56,760 nt of DNA from a virus (taxonomy: Duplodnaviria; Caudoviricetes). A program made the position numbers and the translations under genes. The number at the start of each line of letters is the position of its first letter. Position 1 is the first letter of the stretch. Below the pieces are notes generated by a model, which was given only the letters and a program-made list of their open reading frames with translations, was not told the DNA's origin and searched no databases. Positions 18,428-25,828 of the stretch are shown one piece after another. The DNA is taken from positions 1 to 56,760 of the IMG/VR virus record IMGVR_UViG_3300011116_000470; one strand, given 5' to 3'.

Positions 18428-18786
18428 CAGGGTACAAATCAAAATGCGATATGGCGCAGGACAAGTTAGCACAGCCAGCGCTGGAGCCTAATTGGACTTG
18501 TAACGAATGCGGAGCGCAGGAATTTACATCAGCGCTGTCTGAAGCTGACCTTGACTATCTCGCGTGTGCAAATTGTGGTGGCAACGAATTTCACAAAGAA
18601 ACCTTGGCACAGCCAGTGCAGGATATGGAGTTTGCGAGGATTCGAATACAAGTGGGCAATAAGTTCGTCGAAGGATTATTGACGCACGCGCAATTGCTTC
18701 GTGCAGACAATCCTTGGGCGTTAATCGAACACAAAGTCGCAATATGCGTTGCCACACTAAAGGAAATATATGAGCAAAAAACTTAA
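18424..18786 (+). CDS. Zinc-ribbon hypothetical protein
   Basis: CNECG...CANCG between LAQP motifs. Confidence 0.65.
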   Translation: MTGYKSKCDMAQDKLAQPALEPNWTCNECGAQEFTSALSEADLDYLACANCGGNEFHKETLAQPVQDMEFARIRIQVGNKFVEGLLTHAQLLRADNPWALIEHKVAICVATLKEIYEQKT

Positions 18787-19075
18787 AGAAGCCTTGGCAC
18801 AGCCAGCGCAGGAGCCTGTGGCTTGGATGTACGACTGGCTTTGTGACGGCAAGCTAATTACAGGATGGATTGCGCACAGTGAATCCGAGATTCCCAAATC
18901 AATGGCATTCAACATCCGCCCTCTCTACACCACCCCACCACAGCGCATATGGGTAGGGCTTACGGATGATGAAATTAAAAAGATATGTGAAAAAAACAAA
19001 TGGGACAGTAGTTGGCAATCTTTGCGGTTTGCTCGTGCAATTGAAGCCGCACACGGTATAAAGGAGAACACATGA
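18770..19075 (+). CDS. Hypothetical protein (AQPAQEPVAW / WVGLTDDE family)
   Basis: EPVAW, PLYTTP, WVGLTDDEI, FARAIEA motifs. Confidence 0.75.
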   Translation: MSKKLKEALAQPAQEPVAWMYDWLCDGKLITGWIAHSESEIPKSMAFNIRPLYTTPPQRIWVGLTDDEIKKICEKNKWDSSWQSLRFARAIEAAHGIKENT

Positions 19076-19278
19076 AAGTACACCACCTTAAAGACTGGAA
19101 CGCTACTGCCATGCTTACCCATGCGCTAGAGCGCATAGCGCCTGAGCAATCTTGCGTTGTGCTGTTTTACGAAGATGGCGAACTTAAAAAACTATCGGCC
19201 CATGTGGACAACCAACACGCCGTGTGGATGTACGAAATTGCAAAGCTGACTGTGTTGCATGAATGCCTTGCCCATTAA
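19072..19278 (+). CDS. Hypothetical protein
   Basis: AAGGAG RBS, ATGA coupling. Confidence 0.65.
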   Translation: MKVHHLKDWNATAMLTHALERIAPEQSCVVLFYEDGELKKLSAHVDNQHAVWMYEIAKLTVLHECLAH

Positions 19279-19290
19279 AGGAAAAGAACA

Positions 19291-19554
19291 ATGCGTAAGT
19301 CAACCCATGCCGACATCCGCGAGGCGCTGCGAAAGATGCCCGATGGGCTTACCATCGTGGCCATTTGCTACATGACCGGGCTGCGCGGCAGCACCGTGCG
19401 CCAAGCACTGCCCAGCATGCCCGATGTGTACATCGACCGCTGGGAGAAGACTGCCAAGACCAAGGGCTACCGAGCCATCGCTTGGCGACCGGTGTACATC
19501 GCCGTGCCCGTGCCGCCGAACCAACCAAAACCCACTAAAGAAAGCAAACCATGA
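19291..19554 (+). CDS. Hypothetical winged-helix-like protein
   Basis: IREALRKMPDGLT...MPDVYIDRW. Confidence 0.6.
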   Translation: MRKSTHADIREALRKMPDGLTIVAICYMTGLRGSTVRQALPSMPDVYIDRWEKTAKTKGYRAIAWRPVYIAVPVPPNQPKPTKESKP

Positions 19555-19763
19555 CCGGAATCGAAGAAGCCATCCATGCCGTGGGCTCACAAGCCCAACT
19601 GGCCGACATCCTAGGCTGCACGCAGCAAAACGTGAGCAAGATGCTCAGCAACGGCTACGTGCCCACCAAGTGGGTCAGGGCCGTAGAGCAGGCCAGCGGC
19701 ATCCCGCGTGAGCGCCTGATCAACCCGGCACTGGCCGAGTTGCTTGCGCCCACGGACATCTGA
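19551..19763 (+). CDS. Cro/YdaS-like HTH regulator
   Basis: AVGSQAQLADILGCTQQNVSK...VEQASGIPRERL. Confidence 0.85.
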   Translation: MTGIEEAIHAVGSQAQLADILGCTQQNVSKMLSNGYVPTKWVRAVEQASGIPRERLINPALAELLAPTDI

Positions 19764-19778
19764 TAGACTGTTCGGTGG

Positions 19779-19868
19779 ACACGGCTAGGACTGGGGTAGC
19801 TCCCCCGCCCGAAAAGCGAACTACCCCCGCCTGCCGCTGTTTCTTCTTTGGGGTACGTTGCTGGGTAG
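19779..19868 (+). promoter_or_regulatory. Candidate structured RNA leader of primase gene
   Basis: Three-way junction CGGC/GCCG, GGGG/CCCC, GCG/CGC; loop AACUACCCC complementary to GGGGUA and GGGUAG just upstream of ATG 19873. Confidence 0.5.
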
Positions 19869-19872
19869 AACA

Positions 19873-21924
19873 ATGACAAACACAACGCCAGACTTGCCAC
19901 CGATTGGCCAAGTCTTCAACGGGGACAACATCCCCCAAGAGCTCAAGGCCCTGCGCCGTTGGGCCGTTTGGAAGGCCATCTGGAACGAGAGCCGCCAAAA
20001 GTACGACAAGGTGCCCTACAACGCCATGCACCGGGGGCTCTCCACCAAGAACGTGTCCGACTGGGGCGACTACGAGAGCGCTGCGGCCACGCTGCGCCTG
20101 AACCCTTCGCGCTACCACGGGCTTGGGCTGGTGCTCACCGACATATCGGACGTGGTGGGCATCGACCTTGACGAGTGCCGCGCCAACGGCCAGATCGCGC
20201 CATGGGCGCGGGAGGTTGTTGAGGCCATGGGCAGCTACACCGAGATCAGCCCAAGCGGCACAGGGCTGCGCATTCTGGCCACAGGGGCCACCAACACGGA
20301 CTGGAACAACCACGACGTGGGGATTGAGGTCTATGGCGGCCATACGGCCCGTTTCCTGACGATTACGGGCCACACCTCCAAGCCCCGGCCCATGGCCCCG
20401 GCCAAGGCCGAGGTGCTGGCCAACTTGTTCGAGCAGTACGGCAAGACGCGCAAGGCCGCGCCCGTGATTCAGATCGCCATGCCCGAGCTTATCCACGAGA
20501 TGGCCTTGCCGGACGTGCAGGACATGGACATCCCCGAGGCCACCCGAGAGTTGCTGCTGCACGGGCCGAGCGAGGACGTTACCGACCGCTCCGCTGCCCT
20601 GCACGCCGCTGGTGTGCAGCTTTACAGCGCCGGGTACGACGACGCCACGGTGCTGTCCATCCTTGCGGCCAGCCAGCCGGTCATGGACATCGCGCTGGCC
20701 CACCGCAACAAAGACCCCGAGCGGGCCATGACGTACTTGTGGGTTGAGCACTGCCAAAAGGCCAAGCCCAAGGCCACTACCAAGGCCACCATTTTGGCCG
20801 ACTTTGACGACCTCACCAGTGACCCGGAGGTGGCCGCACAGCTAAAAAAGTCCAACGAGGCCAAGGCCGCAAAAGAGAGCCGGTTCAAGCTAGAGACGGC
20901 ATCGGAGTTCGTAGTGCGCCGCAAGGCCTCGTGGATCATCAAGGGAGTGCTGCCCAACGCCAACTTGGGCGTTATCTATGGGGCTTCAGGCTCGGGCAAG
21001 TCGTTCTTTGCTTTTGAGCAGGCAGCGGCGATCGCCCGTGGCATCGACTGGCGCGGCCACCGCACCACCAAGTCCAAGGTCTGCTGGGTGGCCGCAGAGG
21101 GCCAAGAGGACATGCGCAAGCGGGTGGCCGGGTACTGCGTACACCACGGCATAGACCCCTCGCAGCTTGAGAACCTGTACTTCGTGGCCAACGCGCCCAA
21201 CTTGCTGGACATAGAGGACACGCGGGCGCTGGTCAAGCAGATAAGGGTTCAGGGCGACTTTGACCTCGTGGTGATGGACACGCTGGCCCAAGTCATGTCT
21301 GGGGGCAACGAGAACAGCGGCGAGGACATGGGCAAGGTGCTGGGCCACTGCAAGGAGATCACCCGGCTCACCAACGCCATGGTCGAGTTGATCCACCACA
21401 GCGGCAAGGACGAGTCCAGAGGGGCACGGGGCTGGTCAGGCCTGCGGGCCGCGTGTGACTTTGAGTTTGAGGTCATCCGGGCCGAAGAAGAGCGTGTGGC
21501 CATCGTGACCAAGATGAAGGGCGGGGCCGACGGCGAAGAGTTTGGCTTTAGGCTTGAGACCATCGTGGTGGGGCAGGACGAGGATGGCGACGACGAGACG
21601 ACCTGCGTGGTGGCCTTCACCGATGGCAGCAGACAGTCCGTGGCGGCGTCCAAAGGCCCCAAGGGTGACACCAACGCGCTGGTGTTCCAGACGGCCAAAG
21701 ACCTGATTGATTTCGGTGGCGAGAGCCCCGTTACCGAGCACGAATTGATCACGGCAGCGGTGAGCAAGATGCCGGTGGCGGAGGCCGGGAAGCGCGATAC
21801 AAGGCCCCAGACTGCCCGGCGGAGCTTGAAATCGCTTATTGAGGGCGGGTTTTTGGTTCAGAATGCTCTTGGCCATGTGACGGTTTTTGGTGGCACGAAG
21901 CCGCAAAACAATGCGTATAAGTAA
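19873..21924 (+). CDS. AEP primase-polymerase fused to RecA-like (AAA_25) helicase
   Basis: GIDLD, YTEISPSGTG, IEVY...RFLTITG; GASGSGKS Walker A, VMDTL, IHHSGK. Confidence 0.9.
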   Translation: MTNTTPDLPPIGQVFNGDNIPQELKALRRWAVWKAIWNESRQKYDKVPYNAMHRGLSTKNVSDWGDYESAAATLRLNPSRYHGLGLVLTDISDVVGIDLDECRANGQIAPWAREVVEAMGSYTEISPSGTGLRILATGATNTDWNNHDVGIEVYGGHTARFLTITGHTSKPRPMAPAKAEVLANLFEQYGKTRKAAPVIQIAMPELIHEMALPDVQDMDIPEATRELLLHGPSEDVTDRSAALHAAGVQLYSAGYDDATVLSILAASQPVMDIALAHRNKDPERAMTYLWVEHCQKAKPKATTKATILADFDDLTSDPEVAAQLKKSNEAKAAKESRFKLETASEFVVRRKASWIIKGVLPNANLGVIYGASGSGKSFFAFEQAAAIARGIDWRGHRTTKSKVCWVAAEGQEDMRKRVAGYCVHHGIDPSQLENLYFVANAPNLLDIEDTRALVKQIRVQGDFDLVVMDTLAQVMSGGNENSGEDMGKVLGHCKEITRLTNAMVELIHHSGKDESRGARGWSGLRAACDFEFEVIRAEEERVAIVTKMKGGADGEEFGFRLETIVVGQDEDGDDETTCVVAFTDGSRQSVAASKGPKGDTNALVFQTAKDLIDFGGESPVTEHELITAAVSKMPVAEAGKRDTRPQTARRSLKSLIEGGFLVQNALGHVTVFGGTKPQNNAYK

Positions 21925-21933
21925 AAAATTGCG

Positions 21934-22046
21934 TGCAACAGTTGCAACAGTTGTGCAACAGTTGCAATCTGTTGCCTGTTGCAGATGCAACAGTTGCAAC
22001 ACACCCCTTTAGGGGGTGTTGCATGTTGCAAGGCCAGTTGCGTTGC
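21934..22046. repeat. Array of TGCAAC/GTTGCA palindromic repeats plus hairpin; candidate replication origin
   Basis: TGCAAC-A-GTTGCA at 21934, 21954, 21986; hairpin TGCAACAC(A)CCCC-TTTA-GGGGGTGTTGCA 21995-22023; followed by AT-rich tract. Confidence 0.7.
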
Positions 22047-22101
22047 TGTTTGTAATTATTTACAAAAACTATCGGTGGAAGGAAAACAATAAAAATTTTT
22101 T

Positions 22102-22140
22102 ACAAAAAAGTTGTTGTACAAGCAAAAAGTCGTGTACACT
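22102..22140 (+). promoter_or_regulatory. Putative early promoter with operator-like site
   Basis: ACAAA-N6-GTTGT 22102-22117; TACACT -10 at 22135-22140. Confidence 0.5.
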
Positions 22141-22198
22141 TCAGCCATCGCAGCAAAAACTGCGGTACTTCTTAAACACACATACTTGGAGTATCAAA

Positions 22199-22483
22199 AT
22201 GGCTAAAGCAAAACTGGTGGTGGAATTGAATGAAGGATCGGTGGATCGTCTGGGTGTCTTGCTCGCACAGATCGCTGACCTTACCGAGCAAGCCGACGCG
22301 ATCAAAGACGCGATCAAGCGCGGCGGACAGTCCATCGAAGGCAGCCTATTCAAGGCCACCTTGGTGGACTCTGACCGCAAGGTCTTTGATAAGGAGTTCT
22401 TCGTTGAGCAAAACGGTGCCGACGTCTACGACGCCTACACCAAAAACACCGTCAGCGTTTCCGTCCGCGTCACATCCCGTTAA
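22199..22483 (+). CDS. Hypothetical early protein
   Basis: GGAG RBS before ATG 22199; VDRLGVLLAQIADL coiled coil, EGSLFKAT. Confidence 0.75.
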   Translation: MAKAKLVVELNEGSVDRLGVLLAQIADLTEQADAIKDAIKRGGQSIEGSLFKATLVDSDRKVFDKEFFVEQNGADVYDAYTKNTVSVSVRVTSR

Positions 22484-22503
22484 ACCAACCCTAGGAGCAC
22501 ATC

Positions 22504-23367
22504 ATGATCCGTTACGCAACATCTTCCCAGCAGTCCACCTTTCGCAGCCAGTCTGCCCTGTCCAACGAACAGATCGCCTACTACGCCCCCAGCGTGATGG
22601 CCAGCGAGGCCCACGAGAGCCGTGGCGAGCGCTACAGCTTCATTCCCACGATCCAAGTGATCGACGGCCTGCGGGCCGAGGGCTTTCAGCCCTACGAGAT
22701 TCGCCAGACCAAGGTGCGCGATGCCGGTAAGCGTGAGCACACCAAGCACATGGTTCGCATGCGCCACGCCAGTTCCATCGTGGCCGATGAGGTGCCCGAG
22801 ATCATCTTGCTCAACAGCCACGATGGCACATCGAGCTACCAGATCATGTCGGGCGTGTTTCGTTTTGTCTGCTCCAACGGCCTGATCGCTGGCGATATGT
22901 TCAACAACATCAAGGTTCGCCACAGCGGCAACGTGGTGGGCGATGTGATCGAAGGCGCGACCCGTGTGCTCGAAGACGCCAAGCAGATCGGCAGCCGCAT
23001 CGACGAGTACAAGGCCATAACCCTTAACTACGACGAGCAGACAGCTTTTGCTCGGGCGGCGCTGCAACTGCGCTGGGGCGATGACCAGCCCGTGGTGCCC
23101 GGCAGCATCTTGCGGCCCAGCCGCTGGCAAGACCGCGAGGACAACTTGTGGACGGTGTACAACCGCGTGCAGGAGAACATGATGAAAGGCGGCGTGCGCG
23201 GGCGCAGCGCAACTGGCCGTCGCACCACCACCCGCGCCGTGGGCGGCGTCACCGAGAACGTCAAGCTCAACAAAGCGCTGTGGACGCTGGCCGATACCAT
23301 GGCGGCTTTGAAGCTGGACAAGGCCACCGACCAGTTCATTGAGCAGTACGAGCACGCCTACCTGTAA
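22504..23367 (+). CDS. DUF932/DUF945 (YafZ/YubP-like) protein
   Basis: HESRGERYSFIPT, HTKHMVRMR, LLNSHDGTSSY, FRFVCSNG, LWTVYNRVQEN. Confidence 0.9.
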   Translation: MIRYATSSQQSTFRSQSALSNEQIAYYAPSVMASEAHESRGERYSFIPTIQVIDGLRAEGFQPYEIRQTKVRDAGKREHTKHMVRMRHASSIVADEVPEIILLNSHDGTSSYQIMSGVFRFVCSNGLIAGDMFNNIKVRHSGNVVGDVIEGATRVLEDAKQIGSRIDEYKAITLNYDEQTAFARAALQLRWGDDQPVVPGSILRPSRWQDREDNLWTVYNRVQENMMKGGVRGRSATGRRTTTRAVGGVTENVKLNKALWTLADTMAALKLDKATDQFIEQYEHAYL

Positions 23368-23406
23368 CCCCAACGGCCCCCTCGGGGGCCACAACCGGAG
23401 AAGACC

Positions 23407-23562
23407 ATGGAATTTTCGACCCTTACCCTGCAAGAGCGCGAGCGCTTGGCCTACATCGGCGGCGACACCAAGCTGGCCCGAATGCTGGCCGAGCAGATAG
23501 AGCTACAAGAGGAGCTGGATGAGGCGCTGGACGAGCTGTACAAGAAGGAGAACGATCTGTGA
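23407..23562 (+). CDS. Hypothetical protein (51 aa)
   Basis: GGAGA RBS; MEFSTLTLQERERLAY; not in ORF track. Confidence 0.6.
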   Translation: MEFSTLTLQERERLAYIGGDTKLARMLAEQIELQEELDEALDELYKKENDL

Positions 23563-23681
23563 GATACCGCGAGCACTACCAAATCCACAAGCCTATGAAG
23601 CCGCTACCCTACGCCATCGCTTGGCTGGCCCTTACACTTGTCTTTGCCCTGCTGGGCATAACCATTGCCTACTGGATGTGA
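23559..23681 (+). CDS. Small membrane protein (40 aa)
   Basis: GTGA coupling; one hydrophobic helix; not in ORF track. Confidence 0.5.
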   Translation: MRYREHYQIHKPMKPLPYAIAWLALTLVFALLGITIAYWM

Positions 23682-23683
23682 TC

Positions 23684-23908
23684 ATGGCCACAAAAACCCC
23701 CACCAAGGCCGTTAAAACGGCCCAAAACGAGCCCGAAGCGGTGACAGAGTACCGTATGCCCACCGAGGTGGCCAACTGGATCAAGCAGGCCGAAAGCCGC
23801 CTTGCCTACCTGACCACCACGGTCGAGAGGCTCAAGGCCGAGAACGCAGGCCTGCGCAAAGCCAACAAAGTCATGGAGGCCCGCGTGATGGGCCAGTCGC
23901 AGGAGTAG
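23684..23908 (+). CDS. Coiled-coil hypothetical protein
   Basis: Start MATKTPTK; heptad pattern. Confidence 0.65.
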   Translation: MATKTPTKAVKTAQNEPEAVTEYRMPTEVANWIKQAESRLAYLTTTVERLKAENAGLRKANKVMEARVMGQSQE

Positions 23909-23911
23909 ATC

Positions 23912-24217
23912 ATGGAATTTGAACCAACCGAGCAAAACCTGCGCGACATTCACGAGCAGGCCGTAATAATCGAAGACATTTTCAAAGAGCATGCCGATAA
24001 AATCAGAGACGAATTTGGCGTAAAAATAGCCATAAATGTTTTTATGAACGCGGGCATCTCTAGTATTGCGTTGGGGCTGGCGTTAATCAAAGACGACGAA
24101 GTAGAACGGCTTGCGGCCCTACTACGGGTAGTTATAGCCATCGGGGCCCTGACAGAGATCATGCTAACTGAGCAACAAGCCCAAGAAATAATTAAAAAAG
24201 TAATGGAGAAAAAGTAA
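23912..24217 (+). CDS. Hypothetical protein
   Basis: AGGAG RBS, 101 aa, AT-richer. Confidence 0.65.
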   Translation: MEFEPTEQNLRDIHEQAVIIEDIFKEHADKIRDEFGVKIAINVFMNAGISSIALGLALIKDDEVERLAALLRVVIAIGALTEIMLTEQQAQEIIKKVMEKK

Positions 24218-24468
24218 TGGAAAACAAAGAACTGAGCCCCCTCGCCCGGCAGCTACTTGGCCATGCCAACGTCATGCCGATGTTCACCCAGCGCGAGTTT
24301 GACAAGGCGCTGGCCGAGGCCAAGGCCGAGATCATGGCCATCGCCATCCAGACCACTAGGCAGGCCATCGCCATCGAGCGCGAGGAGTGCGCTCGGCTGG
24401 CCGACGAGGCCGAGCAACACGAGTTGGCCACGGCCATTAGGCAAAGGCTATCAGGCAAGCCGCATTGA
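24217..24468 (+). CDS. Hypothetical protein (EREECA family)
   Basis: TAATG coupling; IEREECARLA. Confidence 0.7.
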   Translation: MENKELSPLARQLLGHANVMPMFTQREFDKALAEAKAEIMAIAIQTTRQAIAIEREECARLADEAEQHELATAIRQRLSGKPH

Positions 24469-24494
24469 TAAAAATGTTTTCAGCAAATAAATTT

Positions 24495-24529
24495 AAACTT
24501 TAAGTTACACAACAAAAAGGTTGTATACT
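24495..24529 (+). promoter_or_regulatory. Putative promoter with two operator-like motifs
   Basis: AAACTTTAAGTTACAC 24495-24510; ACAAC-N6-GTTGT 24509-24524; TATACT 24524-24529. Confidence 0.55.
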
Positions 24530-24560
24530 CTACTCACACCAACACACACAGGAGAACACC

Positions 24561-24710
24561 ATGACCAAAAGTGAAATTTATAAAGTCCGCCTGCAAGTAC
24601 ATAACGCAATGACAAGCGCGTTCAATAACAAAACCACATACAGCCCGCTGATTCGTATGGAATGGAAAAAATACGGATACATACCAGTATCGGCTAGGAA
24701 CGCATACTAA
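24561..24710 (+). CDS. Hypothetical protein (49 aa)
   Basis: AGGAGAACACCATG leader; not in ORF track. Confidence 0.6.
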   Translation: MTKSEIYKVRLQVHNAMTSAFNNKTTYSPLIRMEWKKYGYIPVSARNAY

Positions 24711-24747
24711 TCACCCACGGGGCTTCGGCCCCACACAGGAGAACACC

Positions 24748-24915
24748 ATGACCAAGTATCTGATAGCCCTGCCCAGCCTTCGGGGCCAAAAAGGGTTCAA
24801 TTGCCCCACGATTCTTGTGACCGCCAAGGACAAGAACGACGCCATAGCGCTTGCCCGGCACCTTCGCCCTCACGCCAACATTGGCGACGTGAAACCGGTC
24901 AATTACTTATCGTAG
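24748..24915 (+). CDS. Hypothetical protein (55 aa)
   Basis: Same AGGAGAACACCATG leader; not in ORF track. Confidence 0.6.
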   Translation: MTKYLIALPSLRGQKGFNCPTILVTAKDKNDAIALARHLRPHANIGDVKPVNYLS

Positions 24916-24925
24916 GGAGAACACC

Positions 24926-25120
24926 ATGGAACAAGAGATCGAAACCACAATCAGCACCAAGCACGGCGGGCGCGTAACCGTCAGCGAGTGGGACGAGGGC
25001 GGCGTCTGGCTGCACCTCGCCGGGTTCAGCGCCAGCATGAGCACGGTGCTCACCCGCGCTGAGGCGCAGGCACTGGCGGCTGGGTTGCAAGAGATACTGG
25101 CCAAAGAGGTGGCAGCATGA
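24926..25120 (+). CDS. Hypothetical protein
   Basis: GGAGAACACCATG leader, 64 aa. Confidence 0.65.
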   Translation: MEQEIETTISTKHGGRVTVSEWDEGGVWLHLAGFSASMSTVLTRAEAQALAAGLQEILAKEVAA

Positions 25121-25266
25121 GCTACGACGAGCACCTAAGCCGCCGTGAATGGCTCATGGCCACCTACCACCTGAGCCGCGACGAGGCCACCGAGACGGCG
25201 TACTACGACACCGACCCGCAGACATGGGCCGGTAGCCCGTGGGACACCGAAGAGCCAAGCTGCTGA
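25117..25266 (+). CDS. Acidic hypothetical protein (49 aa)
   Basis: GAGG RBS, ATGA coupling; not in ORF track. Confidence 0.5.
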   Translation: MSYDEHLSRREWLMATYHLSRDEATETAYYDTDPQTWAGSPWDTEEPSC

Positions 25267-25330
25267 CACGCCCCGCGCAATCGGCTAAACTCGCCTCAAA
25301 CGCGCTGCAAGATGCGCTGAAGGGGCACAA

Positions 25331-25828
25331 ATGGCGACTGGTAAGAAGATGGGCAGGCCTCCGGGCATTTCCCCATACCCGAACAAGGAACAGATTAAGG
25401 ACGATGTGGTGCAGTGGATTTCCAACGGGAAAACGCTGCGCGAATTCTGTCGGCAAGACGGGATGCCGAGCTTTAATGCAATCTACGATTGGGAAGCAGA
25501 AGACAAGGACTTCGCTTCACGCATCGCGCAGGCGCGTCTAAAAGGGCACGATGTAATCGCTGAGGAATGCGCAGCGCTTTCAGACACCGAGCCGCTGGCC
25601 GTGTACGACGAGGCGGGCAACAAGCGCTACGATCCCGGCTCCATCGCGTGGCGCAAAATGCAGATCGAGACGCGCCTCAAGCTCTTGGCCAAGTGGAACC
25701 CACGCAAGTACGGCGACAAGACGATTGTTGCAGGCGACGACCAAGCCCCCGTGGTGGTAGAGGCCAGCTTTGACATCTTTGGCGAGTTGCTCAAGAACCT
25801 AGCGCTCAAACGCCAAGCCAGTGAGTGA
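25331..25828 (+). CDS. terS: Terminase small subunit (Sf6-like)
   Basis: WISNGKTLREFCRQDGMPS..IYDW HTH, IETRLKLLAKWNPRKYGD; precedes terL. Confidence 0.85.
   Translation: MATGKKMGRPPGISPYPNKEQIKDDVVQWISNGKTLREFCRQDGMPSFNAIYDWEAEDKDFASRIAQARLKGHDVIAEECAALSDTEPLAVYDEAGNKRYDPGSIAWRKMQIETRLKLLAKWNPRKYGDKTIVAGDDQAPVVVEASFDIFGELLKNLALKRQASE

Noticed and set aside
21934-22046. CRISPR array
   Set aside because: Repeats are 13 nt, overlapping and lack unique spacers; the DUF2800 Cas4-like gene is a standard replication-module nuclease
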